Source of the DNA: Octopus bimaculoides | Lineage: Eukaryota | Length of the DNA: 64,000 nucleotides | Reading direction: 5' to 3' | Assembly (NCBI RefSeq): GCF_001194135.2 | Contig: NC_068992.1 | Coordinates: forward strand, 15,639,155-15,703,154 | Shown: positions 1 to 12,419 of the stretch, in pieces | Layout of the letters: each line of letters opens with the position of its first letter | Numbering within the stretch: position 1 is the first letter of the stretch | The notes under the pieces: generated by a model | What the model was told of the DNA's origin: nothing | Database searches by the model: none | What the model saw: only the letters and a program-made list of their open reading frames with translations | Program-made: the position numbers and the translations under genes

Positions 1-2274
1 CTCATAAGAATCTTTTTCCACTGAAAAGTTTGATATTTTTAATTTCGTTTAAATCTTTATCAGCCCAAAGCATTTTTGTAAGTTTGTCTTAAACAACCAT
101 GGCTGCTTTCAGACTTTCTTTTTGTTAACCCTTCTTTCATTTGTTCTGAGCAACATAAGGGGTTCCTTTCATAAGTCCCAAGTTACTCCAATATACTGGA
201 AGAAAATATGGGAATTTGTATCATATATGATGCATGGATGCCAGAGAAATATGTCCTATGTATTGACCCTTTTGATACCAACCTGCCTAAAACCACCTCA
301 GGCTCTGTAGTACATATGTCTTGGGCCAACCAAAGCCTTGAGAGTGGATTTGATAGATGGAAACTGAAAGAAGCCTGTTGTATATGTGTGTGTACACATT
401 TGTGTGTGTCTCTGTCTGTCTCTCCACCATCACTTGACACAGCTGGGCCACATCTTTCCTCTGTTTATAACAACAGTTTCTGTTCCTCCCCTATACTTGT
501 ATCATTTCTCTCTCCCCTCATTATGACAACAATGTCATTCTCCATAAACATCTCTTCATACGAGAACAAACAACCCTGCACAGTTCAGAATTATTTTTGT
601 TAGAGCTGCACCTCTCAGGGGAATTCCTATTTTGGCGAATATCTTTTCATCTTACTAACTAACTGGCAAGAATTTAAACTGTACATTGTCTGCATTAAGC
701 TCACTCAATAATCGTTATACCTCGATATAAAAGTTTGAAAAAGGTTTACCTATTCAGACTAATCAATAAGAAAGAAAACAGAATGTATTTGGTGTAAGTG
801 AAAGCTGGCAGCTTGCTAAACATATATCAAATGCTTTCAAAAGATCCTTTATAGAATGAAAGTCACAGCCTTTGTTTCTACAGTTATAATTGATTAAACC
901 ACCCAAGTAATTAATCTGACATTATTGACAGTTTATAAATTTGTTATCGTAACTTAAAAGTAAACCAAAAAGAAAAAACAAAAACAAGAAAGAAAAATGA
1001 AACACTAGTTTTGGAAGTATTGATAGTTTCTGACATAGCTTATAGTGATTCTTTCAAGATACTACAATGATGTGGTAACAAAGACTGCAATTGATAGCTA
1101 TGTAGAACAGTGTGCTTTGCTTTGCGATACGTCCCAAATGTACTTTTAAGAGCACAATAAAATGTCATTAGATGTGGTTTGATATATAACCAAGAGCCTT
1201 GTAAAATACAGTACATTAACCATTTCACCAATATACTTGAAACAGTTGTATGAATACAAAACGAAATGAGACGGAAATATGAAAACAAAGTTGTGGTTTC
1301 AATCCTTCACACAATATTTATTGTTTACAAAATGAACGTCAAACCCAATGGTCTGACAGAGTTAACAGAAAAGAGGAAAAAAAAGTTCTTTTCATAATAA
1401 CAGCGTTTATCATAGAGACAGTTCTTTATGTGTGCTAAGTCTAGGTGTCAAGTTCTAAAGCTGGTGGCTGGAAGGCTGCTAATGCACTACAGTCTGTGTT
1501 TGGATACCTGCTTGATGGCTCTTTCATTGTTTTTGGTGGGGAGACCTTATGCAGGTTTTGATTGATTGCCCTCAACAACCATGGCTGGATTTTTGGCAAT
1601 TTTTGAATGATTAATTTTTAGCTGATGGTAGTCAGGCCATCTGTTATCTGGCCAATGAGCATTATTGGATAATTTCTTTATGACGTCATCAGATTCAGTT
1701 GTTGTTGACAAAGTTTTCTTAATCAACAAAAAAGCAAGTCTCAGGTTCAAAATGGGGCAAAAACTTGCTACGATATCAACTAATATTAAAGCAAAACCAC
1801 AATTTCACTGTATGTTTACATCAAATTATATGCATGTTTTATGTAAAAATGTTTCCACTTCACCCATTCATTTATCTACTCGTTTGTTTAATATTCATCT
1901 TTTTTTCCTTCCATGCTGGCATGGAATGGATGGACATGTTTTTGAGGAAGGATTTCATGGCCAGATGCTCTTCCCACTGCCAACCCTTACCAGTTTTTCA
2001 AATAAAGCATTTCTTATTCTGCAGGCATCTGAATGCACAAAGCAACTGGTCATAATTTCAACAAAGTGTGTGAACAAGATGACCACTTTGCTCAAGTGAA
2101 GCCATGAATGTCAATCCTCACATACATTCACACATACACATATACATGTGTATATGGGTGTATGTGAGTATATTCATATATACGCATGTATGTGTGTGTG
2201 AGAGAGAGAATGTGTGTGTGAGAGAGAGAATGTGTGTGTGTGTTGTGTTGGATAAGCTTATAAACTTGTGAGAT

Positions 2275-2577
2275 GTTGTTGTTGTTGGCACTCCACACAC
2301 ATGTGTACCCTTAACATAGTTCTCGGGGATATTCAGCGTGACACAGTGTGACAAGGCTGACCCTTTGAATTACAGGCACAACAGAAAGAGGAGGAAAGAG
2401 TGAGAGAAAGTTGTGGTGAAAGAGTACAGCAGGGTTCGCACCATCCTCTGCCGGAGCCTCGTGGAGCTTTAGGTGTTTTTGCTCAATAAACACTCACAAC
2501 GCCCGGTCTGGGAATCGAAACCACGATCCTATGACCGTGAGTCCGCTGCCCTAACCACTGGGCCATTGCGCCTCCAC
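2275..2577 (-). mobile_element. tRNA-derived SINE, family B (ends in (CAA)n), internally deleted copy with 13-bp TSD
   Basis: Head ggaggcgcaatggcccagtggttaggg with B box gtttcgattcc. TSD aaacttgtgagat at 2262-2274 and 2578-2590. Near-identical to copies at 21.5 and 61.2 kb. Confidence 0.9.
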
Positions 2578-2670
2578 AAACTTGTGAGATAAGACCAAAA
2601 CAATACAAAGTGAACTATGAAGTAAACTACAAAACAGGAAAACAGTACAACAGTTGGAGTTTTATCTCAT

Positions 2671-2710
2671 ACTTCGATATTTCAAGGTTATGAGCCCTTC
2701 TTCAGGACAG
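2671..2710 (-). ncRNA. Degenerate minimal hammerhead-ribozyme motif of Penelope-like element type
   Basis: Minus strand: ctgtc CTGAAGA AGGG-ctcataa-CCTT GAAA TATC gaagt. Core, stem II and palindromic stem III present; stem I imperfect. Confidence 0.45.
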
Positions 2711-2764
2711 GTGGAGAAATGAGGGGTGGAATAAGCTACTCCTCAGATATTTTGTGGGGTAGAT

Positions 2765-2832
2765 GGTGACATGAGCAGACTGGTGACATGAGCAGACTGG
2801 TGACATGCCCTGACTGGTGACATGCACAGACT
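2765..2832. repeat. 17-bp minisatellite, 4 copies (ggtgacatgagcagact)
   Basis: Two identical and two diverged adjacent units read directly. Confidence 0.9.
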
Positions 2833-3420
2833 TGTGATGTTATAATAAACAATCTGCTTTGTGTGACTCCTTTCAATTGTTTAGAGTTGGTTTCAGCTTC
2901 CTCCATCTCTAATGAAATTTCTATCTAGAAATCATGCCATGAACAGTATTGAGGGATGCACAATATTTATTTGCCCACCAACATCTTCACCCTGTCGTGC
3001 CGTGTTCCCGCTATAGCAGAAATAACATTTATGTCATCTTTGCTGGATTCTCACAAAAGTGATAATGAACAACACGCATAGAAAAAGAAGATGAAATATT
3101 AAAACAGACAACTGATCACTTTACAGCTTTATAGTCAAGTGTGTCTGTGACTCATACTTAATGGTGTTCCCGCCATAGCCGTTGTTTACTGTGGTTTTTA
3201 ATTAAAGACAAAAAAAAAAAACACTGTGATGAAACAAGCATGTAATGAACCCAGCACTTCATCTTGTAAACAAGCAAGGCCTGGAATCATTGCAGTTGAG
3301 GAAATTATTGATATTTATTCTTCCGATGAAGAATTTACACTTATGCTGGCAATGAAAGTGATTCAGACAATCAAATTCGTGAAAGTGATGAGGAGAGTAG
3401 TGACTCGGGTGAATAAATAT

Positions 3421-3605
3421 GTCCATTAGTGTATCTAACAAATATGGTAGTTGAGAGAAAGGCTTATTGTTGTTATTTTCCTAAATTTTTTTATATGATT
3501 CTGTCCATTAGTTTACCTAACAAATATGGTAGCTGAGAGAAAGGCTAATTTTGTCATTCTCCTGTGGATTTTTATTTTTTTGATTCGGTCCATTAGTTTA
3601 CTTGC
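3421..3605. repeat. ~83-85-bp tandem repeat, ~2.2 copies
   Basis: gtccattagt recurs at 3421, 3503 and 3588; aacaaatatggtag.tgagagaaaggct recurs in the first two units. Confidence 0.8.
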
Positions 3606-5694
3606 AATTGTTACTCTTGAGTTGTACATGCAATTATTTATTTTCTTACTCAGGAGCCCAGGTAGAAGGTAAAGTTAGACACAAGGACCCACGTCTGAGG
3701 AGCTCAAAATGTACCCAAGGATTGATGTGATATATGACGTAGTCTGGAGTAAATGCAGTGCATTCTAGATTGGAAGAACCACCAGAAAAAATTGCACATT
3801 TGCATCAGAGAACATATGTGCACAATCATTTCAATCTGCAAAAATCTACAGAAATGCCAGACCCAGGATTTCATAGTATCCATCAGGGTCACTCAGTGTA
3901 ATATAGGCAATCTTAGAATTATGGAGGCTGCAAGAGTATAGGGTAGAAATACAGATGCAGTGCATGAGGAGATTGAGAGATGTATGGCAGTAGAGAAGGA
4001 GAGATTATTTGGTGGCATAGGATAATGATAAAAGCAAAATGTGGGCAGACGGTATCAAGAATGAAGGAAATGGTTATGAAATGAAATGGTTCTGGGTAGT
4101 GAGAAGGATAAGAGGTATTACAGGAAAGCTAGAGAAAATGCAGTTCTGCTCCCATTTAGTTACAATACAAGCAGAATACTGTAGTTAGAGAGATGATGGG
4201 TGGTGGGAATAAACACACACACACACACATTCATTATAAGCTGAAGATCAGAAACGTGAAACTCAGCTTAGAATAACTATGATAAAAACTATACAATACA
4301 TATTGAGTAGTTTTTTCTATCTTTGTCACGCACAAGTACTTGCGTGCACGTGCACATACACACACACACACTATGTTCCATTTATTTCCACATATAACAT
4401 GAGTGGGATAAATTTTGCTGTAGCTACTATGTTAACAGCTGATGGTAGTCCTTAATGTTTCTAACGACAAAAGAAAGAAGTAAAAAAAAAATCAAAGAGA
4501 TTGCAGCTAGATATGTTGAGGTAGGTAGAGTGACATGTTCAGTCAGAGATACCATATGATAACTATACAATGATCTAAACTTATATCAGCCCATTCAGTA
4601 GCCCACTAACTGCTCTATCACTAATATATATAATTATTATATCATTTCATTTTATACCACTATTATTTATCCTTATTATAAACCCATGCTTTTGATATCT
4701 TATGACACTTAATCTCAAATACACATGTCACATTTTAAACCAAATGACATATATCAATTATTTGTTGGGGAAAGAAACTTTTCATTTCATTAAAAGTTCT
4801 TTGAGAAATGACAGGTCATCTTTTAAAAACTAAATTCATATCATCTCACACACACACACACGAATTGCATTAAACTTGTGAATAATAATTTTCTAAATGC
4901 TATTCTATTTGCTGTCATAGCGGTGCACTTAACCACTAAATCATATATTTCTATATTAAATGTAGATTAGCTGACAATAAACAAATGACTATTAGGTTTT
5001 ATGTAAAAGTGGAGAAAATAGAGCTATGCACAAATAATAGTAATTTTGAATAGCTAGTACTATGAGTTTAATTAGTAAACATCACTAAGTATAAGCAGTT
5101 TTTAAGGGTCTGTGTTTAGCTGCTGTGTTGTAGCTAAGTAAATAACGGATCGATAGTATGCAAAGCAGAACACCTGTTTGTTCAGGTAACAGTCTCACAG
5201 GATCTGACACCTATTCCTGGAAGCTAGGTGAACTGAGGCATTAGAATTAAGTGAACTACCAAAATATTTTTTTTACGAAACACCTAGTGAATTTGAACTC
5301 AATCAAACATTGTTAACTTTTCTTGTTCCATGGTCCAGGGAAAGAATGCCTACTGATGACTAACAACCTATAAGTGCAACAGCTGAAATCTTCCCTCAAA
5401 TCATCACCGTCATCCTTTTAATGTTCACTTTTCCATGCTTGCATGGATTGGATGGAATGTACTGAGGTAGATTTTCTACAGCCAGATGTCCTTCCTGTCA
5501 TCAACCTCTAGTGGAGTCACCAAAATGTTGTGGTGCCACCAAAATGTGGTGGAGTATGTTGTATGTTTGTGTTATTGGGTCAGGGTGCAATAGGCATGTG
5601 TTTGCCTGTGAAATAACAAAGTGATAACTGTGTTCAACTATAACATATTTTATTTGCTGCTTCTTCACCACTACATTAAATTTTGGCAACTTAC

Positions 5695-5703
5695 TTCGAG
5701 TTG
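5695..5703 (-). CDS. Candidate 9-nt microexon (CAACTCGAA), phase 1-1, adds A-T-R after the 9255-9433 exon
   Basis: Minus-strand ccattttttctAG|caactcgaa|GTaagttg; frame-preserving. No expression support. Confidence 0.3.
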
Positions 5704-5763
5704 CTAGAAAAAATGGAACCAGGATACATCTGTGGAGTTGATGTATCCGAAGACTAAATATGT

Positions 5764-5798
<35 letters not shown>

Positions 5799-7577
5799 CG
5801 TTCTTTCATCTTGCGTGGCACGGCTAAAATCTCTGTGTGATAGTCACAGAGCACTGGGTCGGTCTGTCGCGCATCACAGTCTCTGTCTGTATCTGTCCCT
5901 GCTAAATTCTCCTATTTATAATAATCAGGGGCAGCTAGAACGTTGGACATGCTGCAGCAGGTTTAGTACCTAAGTAGGTCAATCGCTGTCCAGTTGAACT
6001 TCGTTTGACATCTATGAGGTTATAAGGTCGAGGGGAGGCTATCCATCATTTTTTTGACAGGACCAAGAAAACCTGATTTCACGCCTGTTGCTCACAGTAA
6101 ATCCGACGAGGGAGAATTCTTAGATTCGGTTTCAAATCTAAGCTTGGAGAAGGGAAATGTTAGTTTTTATAAACCCTCATCTGTTTCCAAGCTAGGTAAT
6201 ACTTCTCCCATGATCAGACAGGCTTCCATGGCAGATCAGAAACAAAGGACACTGCTTGCATGATGGTGATATTCATTTACAACTATCACATAATGTCAGG
6301 GCATGGAGACAGTAACACTCACACACACACACACACACACACATATACATATATACACAACAGGCTTCTTTCAGTTTTCACCAACCAAGTCGACTGACAA
6401 GGCTTATGGTCAACCTGAGGGCTATAGTAGAAGACACTCGTCCATAATACCATGAAGTGGGACTGAACACGAGAGTATGAGGTTGTAAAGCAAGCTTCTT
6501 ATAACACAGCTATGCTTGCACTTTCCCCCTCAAATATATTAACATTTTAAGTATTTAGACCAAATTTTCCAAAGAAAATCAGTTAGTCTCAATTCAACTA
6601 AATTATGCCACCTGGTTTTGTCATCAGGCTGTAGCTGTCTCGAACAGTTTGGACTTGTCTAAAAGAGTATCCTTTCTAAGCAAAACAGTGAAAACAAAAT
6701 TAGGAACCAATAGCTGTTCTATCACAGAAACTGGATTTGAAAAGTGTAGTGCATGCAATAGCAATATGGCTAAATTTGAAAACAGTGAGTTGTAATAGAT
6801 TGGTAGTGTGAGAACAGGGTGATTACTATTAAAGAAAAACAAAATGAAGTATCTCCACTCCTCTACATGATACGAGTCTTTATGAAATGAGTACAACTAT
6901 ATTTATCCATAATTAATACCACAGTATTCAACATGGGTTCGTTTCATCATTTGTCTATGGTAAACTAATTCAACAAAATTGATTAGTGTCATGCAATGAG
7001 AGGAGTCATTCATTATGTTGTCATTCAACTTGCCTAAAAAGAGTAACCAAGTCTCCACCAAATCACTACTGTTATTAGACTGTGGCCATGCTGGGGATTG
7101 GAGAATTTATATGAACTGATCAACACACCCCACCCAGTAATGTATTTTTTACAAACCCTCATAACTACTAAGTTATGAGGATATAAACAAACCAACATTG
7201 TTGTCAAGTGATGGGAGAGAAACAAACACAGACACAAAGAGACACACACGCACACACACACACACACACACACACCTATATACAGACACAAAGATGCATA
7301 ACCATATACATATATCCATATACATATATATTAAGGGTTTCCACACAGTCTCCATCTACCAAATTCACTCATAAGGCATTGGTTGACCTGGTGCTAGAGT
7401 AGAAGACACTGGCCTTAGGTGAGACACAGTGGGATTGAACCTAAAAACACATGGTTGCAAAACAAGCTTCCTAACTACACAGCCATTCTTTACAAAACCG
7501 AAAAGGGAATTTAAATAGCATTTATAGTCATATCATTAAAATAGGTACAACATGCAAGTTATCAGCTTACAAACATA

Positions 7578-8030
7578 GGAGCAGGTGTGGCTATAGGCAG
7601 AGGCGTGACTGTGTGGTAAAAAGCTTCCTTCCCAACCAGATCATTCCAGGTTCAGTCCCACTGTGTGGCACCTTGGGCAAGTGTCTTCTACTATAGCTTC
7701 GGGCCAACCAAGGCCTTGTGAGTGGATATGGTAGATGGAAGCTGAAAGAAGCCCATTGCGTGTATGTGTGTATGTGTGTACGTATGTATGTATGTATGTA
7801 TATATGTATGTATGTATATTTATGTGTGTGTGTCATTGTGTCTGTGTTTGTCCTCCCACCATCGCTTGACAACCAATGGTGGTGTGTCTATGACCCTGAA
7901 ACTTAGCGGTTTGGTAAAAGAGACCAATAGAATAAGTACTAGGCTTACAAAGAATAAGTCCTTGGTTCGATTCGTTCGACTAAAGTCAGTGCTCCAGCAT
8001 GGCTGCAGTCAAATGACTGAAACATGAAAA
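7578..8030 (+). mobile_element. tRNA-derived SINE, family A (internal TG/TA microsatellite, tail gtaaaagag), near full length
   Basis: Head gtgactgtgtggtaaaaagctt...ggttcagtcccact, core ggcaccttgggcaagtgtcttctactatagc, 3' part cagcatggctgcagtcaaatgactgaaac. Many copies in window. Confidence 0.85.
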
Positions 8031-8697
8031 ATTTTTTTAAAAAAAGAGTAAAACGATTTAGCTCTGATATAATACTGGTTTAAAATGTTGATACAAGGCC
8101 AGCAGTTTTAGGGGGAAAGGGGCTAGTCTATTACATCGACCCCAATGCTGATACTGGATAAACACTGCACAAGCAAGAGACAGGATGGTCATCATGATTG
8201 ATTTGTTTTGGTCATAGGTTAAATCAATCAGAGCTGGCCTGGGTTTGACCAACTTTAAGACATTTACTGTTGATGACTCTTCTCATTTGGTACCTATTTT
8301 ATTGTCCCCAAAAAGATGAAAGGCAAAATTGGCCTCAGTGGAATTTGAACTTAGAACATAAAAACAAACAAAATACTGCTAAGCATTTTGCTTGGCATGG
8401 TACCAATTCAGCCAGGTTACTGCCACAGCTCTGATATCATATTGTAGGTATTTCCTCACCTGCCACTACAGTTGTGTGAAAACACAAACATTACAGTTCT
8501 TAAAGATAATCTTCAGATCCAACTTAACATGGACGCCTTGTTCGAACACCAAATACAGCCTTGAGAGATCCTCTCATTTAGGTGCTTGCTGCATAAAAGC
8601 GCACACATAGATTGCACACAATTACCATTCTTATTTTCACCTCTACCTTAAAATCTTCAGCTTTGTGTTTGAAGAGAGAAAGCAATCAGAAACTAAT

Positions 8698-8698
<1 letters not shown>

Positions 8699-8739
<41 letters not shown>

Positions 8740-8885
8740 CAAGCACAAACACACACATATATGCATGTGCACATACACACATGTATGCACACACAAACAT
8801 TTACACAAGCACGCACACACAAACACACACGTATGCAAACACACACACACACACATACACACACAAAAAGCACATACACACATGG
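8699..8885. repeat. (CA)n-rich microsatellite
   Basis: Direct inspection; explains the HT/CV pseudo-ORFs. Confidence 0.95.
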
Positions 8886-9254
8886 AACTGTTTATTTTCC
8901 TTTGAAATCAAAGTTGGAATAAAAGACATACAGGAGAAATAAAATAATGCTCATTAAAAGCTTTTATACGCCATCAGTAAAACCTTTCCAGAGGTAGTAT
9001 TTGATGAATAATGCTTCTTATATAAATAAAGAAACATGCAACCTCAGAATTACAAGAGATAAGATTCTTCCAAAGAAGATTAGCAGATATAAAATGAAAA
9101 TCGACACTTAGTGGTTGACTCAGTTCACCTAGAATTTACCATTATGTCTCAGCCCTGCTCATCTTTGTGAAGTCCTTAACCAGTTTCATGAAACAAAAGT
9201 GATTTGGCCAGAAATAGCCAAAAGACAGTTATAATAAACTGAAATGGGTCTTAC

Positions 9255-9433
9255 CTTTCATATTTTTTGTTAAATGTTGTTTCTCCTCCTGTACATTAGA
9301 GAGAAATTTTTCAGCCAGAGTTAGATTTTTCATTTCTTTTTCCAGTATCTGAGCTGGTTTTAAGCTTTTGTATTTCTTTTCAAAATTTTCCCAAACAGAC
9401 TGGTAATGTTCAAGCAGTTTGTATCGTTCTTTC
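9255..9433 (-). CDS. SIX6OS1: Internal coding exon (179 nt, phase 2-1) of SIX6OS1-like gene: KERYKLLEHYQSVWENFEKKYKSLKPAQILEKEMKNLTLAEKFLSNVQEEKQHLTKNMK
   Basis: Acceptor ttttctctcatctAG, donor AG|GTaaga. Open 59-codon frame with heptad-like coiled-coil composition. Y..V...F..KY pattern lines up with recalled human YKEVLKQYQLKY. Confidence 0.8.
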
Positions 9434-9477
9434 CTAGATGAGAGAAAACATATCCTATCAAATTACACAGGCAGACC

Positions 9478-9712
9478 GTCATCATAATCATCATCATCAT
9501 GATCCTCCTCCTCCTCATCATCGTCATCATCACCATCATCATCATGGTCAACCCCCCCCCTTCCTCATCATCATCATCGCCATCATCAACATCATGGTCA
9601 TCTCCTCATCATCACCATCATCATGATCATCCGCCTCTTCTGCCTCATCATCATCATCATTACCATCACCATCATCATTACCACCATCATCATTACCATC
9701 ATCATCATCATT

Positions 9713-9744
<32 letters not shown>

Positions 9745-9782
9745 GGTCGTCCTCATCCTCCTACTCCTCCTCATCACCATCA
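9478..9782. repeat. (CAT)n/(CAC)n microsatellite just upstream of the exon 9255-9433 acceptor
   Basis: Direct inspection; explains the poly-H/I/M pseudo-ORFs. Confidence 0.95.
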
Positions 9783-10458
9783 TTTTAACATCCAATTTCC
9801 CATACTTCTATGCATCAGACGGAGTTTATGGAAGCAGATTTATCTATGGCAGGATGCACTTCTTGTTCCCCACATTCACCTGTCTCCAAGTAAAGTAGTT
9901 TTCCCATGACCAGGTATGCTCTTGTACAGTATTGGAAATGAATCATAACTTGTATGACAGCGTCACTCATAAAAAATTTTTTAAAGGCACTAAACATGAA
10001 AAGTTACATATGACGGGCTTCATTCAGTTTTCATTAACCGAATCCACTCGCAAGGCTTTGATCAACCCAGATGTACAGTAGAAGACACTTGTACAAGGTT
10101 CCACACAATAAGATTGAACCCAGAATCATATGGTTGGGCAGCAATTTTCTTATCCACAAGGTAACACTTGTGCCAAACTATATACAAATTAATTATTAGC
10201 CTTTATATTGTTATTGCTATAATACTGTTGCCGATTTGCAGTATCCAAGGTCAGATTTTTTTTCAGCAGGACACCATTGTGGAGGCTACAGATAAAAAAA
10301 AAAACTGTTTAAGCAGAATTTCTAGATGTGACCATGTTATATATTTTACTGGCACACTTTGTCAGTTATGACGAGGATTCAAGTTGATCTCATCAATGAA
10401 CGGCCCACTCGTGAAATTAATATGTAAGTGGCTGAGCACTCCACACACATGCGTACCC

Positions 10459-10677
10459 TTAACCCTGTTGATACCCACCCACCTGAAACCACATCAGGCT
10501 CTGTAGTACAAATGTCCTGTTTTCAGAAGTTCTGAATTAAAATCTTCCACCAAACCTTAGTCGCAATCTGTGTTCCTAACACTAGCTTAAGGATAACTAA
10601 GTTATTTTACTAAATTTTTTATTAAATTTAAAATTAATTGAAAGAAACACAGAGCATCTCAACAGAAATATGGTAAC
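10459..10677. mobile_element. Non-autonomous TTAA-targeting (piggyBac-like) MITE nested in a SINE
   Basis: Starts ttaaccctgttgatacccacc at the TTAA of the SINE motif acccttaacatag. A related left end lies at ~265 (ttgacccttttgataccaacc). SINE sequence resumes at ~10678. Confidence 0.6.
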
Positions 10678-11614
10678 TTCTCAGGAAGGTTCAGCATAAC
10701 ACAGAACATGACAAGCAGGCCCTTTGAAATACAGGTACTACTCATTTTTGCCAGCTCAGTGGACTGGTAGAACGTGAAATAAAGCGTCTTGCTCAAGGAC
10801 AGAACACGTCACCGGAGACTGAACTCGTGACCTTATAATGATTAGCCAAATACCCTAACCACTAAGCCACGTGCCTTCACATCTCATCTGTAACATACAG
10901 GAATCATAATCTGAGATAACCATTTTAAAAGCAGTCAAATGCAGTTTTCTGTTCAGGAAATTAGGCAAAAAAAACTGTTCAGAGTGAGTCAATCGTTTAG
11001 CTTTTATAAGATTAAAGCATGGAATTGGCAGAGTAAACACACTTGATTAATAACCATTAGAGTTCAGCTGATTAATGTTGCACACTAAAGAACATCAATT
11101 TAACTGAAAAATAATAATCAGCTTAGCCTACAAACTCCATCATTAAATATTGAATAATATCAGCTCTAATAACACAGATTTACGGAAAAATCAAAGTTAT
11201 TTTAGCACATAATAATAATAGTAATGTTGACAAATATATTCTACCAAAACATTTTGAATCAGATCCTTGTTAGTGACCTGGTCAGTCACATCATATCTAG
11301 GTGAAAAAATATCTGAGACATAGACACATATGCATACACCCGTAAATTCTCTTCTCTCCCTCTGCACCTCGTTCTCTTTCTCTCTGTGTAAACACTAACC
11401 AAACACCAACCAAAAGCCTTCAACCTGATTCTAACATTTAGCAATCACTTTATGGCCTTCAAGTCACATCTTTCCTTATCTCTTCTATCTCTAAACAACA
11501 CTCAAATAGTCTCTGTTCCACTGAACTTTCAAACTCTGTCATGACTCCTCCAAGACCAATTGATGTTACTCTCATTAATTCTTACCATTCCATTCACTGT
11601 ATTCCTTAATGGCA

Positions 11615-11618
11615 GATC

Positions 11619-11692
<74 letters not shown>

Positions 11693-12010
11693 CACCATCA
11701 TCATTATTATTTAACATTTGCTTTCCATGCAAGCATGGGTTGGATGATTTGACAGGAGCTGGCCAGGTAGGAGCCTACATCATACTTCTGTGTTCATTTT
11801 AGCAGGGGGTTTTTATGGCTGGATGCCCTTCCTAATACCAACCTTCCCACACAGCAGATTGAATGGTTTTTACATGGCATGAGCACAGGTGAGGTCAGTT
11901 TTGGCATGATTTTTACAGCCGGATATTTTTCCAAACATCAACCACTTTACAGTGTGGACTAGATGGGGTTTTTTATGTGGTATCAGTACTGGCAGGATCA
12001 CCGAGTAACT
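11615..12010 (-). mobile_element. Short retroposon (family E) with (GAT)n tail; also copies at ~18520-18760, 40840-41060, 44620-44915, 48560-48780, 49330-49600, 55420-55750, 60820-61170, 61990-62240
   Basis: Shared motif ggcattaggaagggcatccagcc...aaaccatccaacccatgccagcatggaaa...ttaaatgatgatgat in each copy. Confidence 0.8.
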
Positions 12011-12419
12011 TGCAAGAGGATGTTCAAAGTGTTTTCATTGTCCCCGCAAAATTTTAAGGGGTGTGCTTGCACCCTCTGCACCACCCTGTTCCTGAGATTA
12101 TGTTGGCAAGGCCTCCTAGTCTAGACAGATCAAAGAAGAAAGGCCAGACTAATATGGAACACCTCTTCCCAAGGGTAAAAATGGGTTTGAGTAGGGTCGA
12201 CACCATTACTTAGAAAAACCTAGAAAAATGCTGGAGCATTGATAACAATCCAAAACCAAGAACACCTGGGAGAAGAAAGCCTTCCATCAGGGAACAAAAC
12301 ATATGAAGTGCAATATTGAGGCAGAACTGTAAAAAAAAATTTAAAAAAAAAAAAAAAAAAGTGATCCAACTGGGAAGAAGCATAAAAGACAGACCAGAAT
12401 TGAGAAAAATGAAGAAAAG

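Noticed and set aside
4234-4270. CTGAAGA...GAAA hammerhead candidate
   Set aside because: No credible stem II and no valid NUH cleavage site in register with stem I.
9360-9909. His/Met/Ile-rich ORFs
   Set aside because: Translations of the (CAT)n microsatellite; only 9255-9433 is coding.
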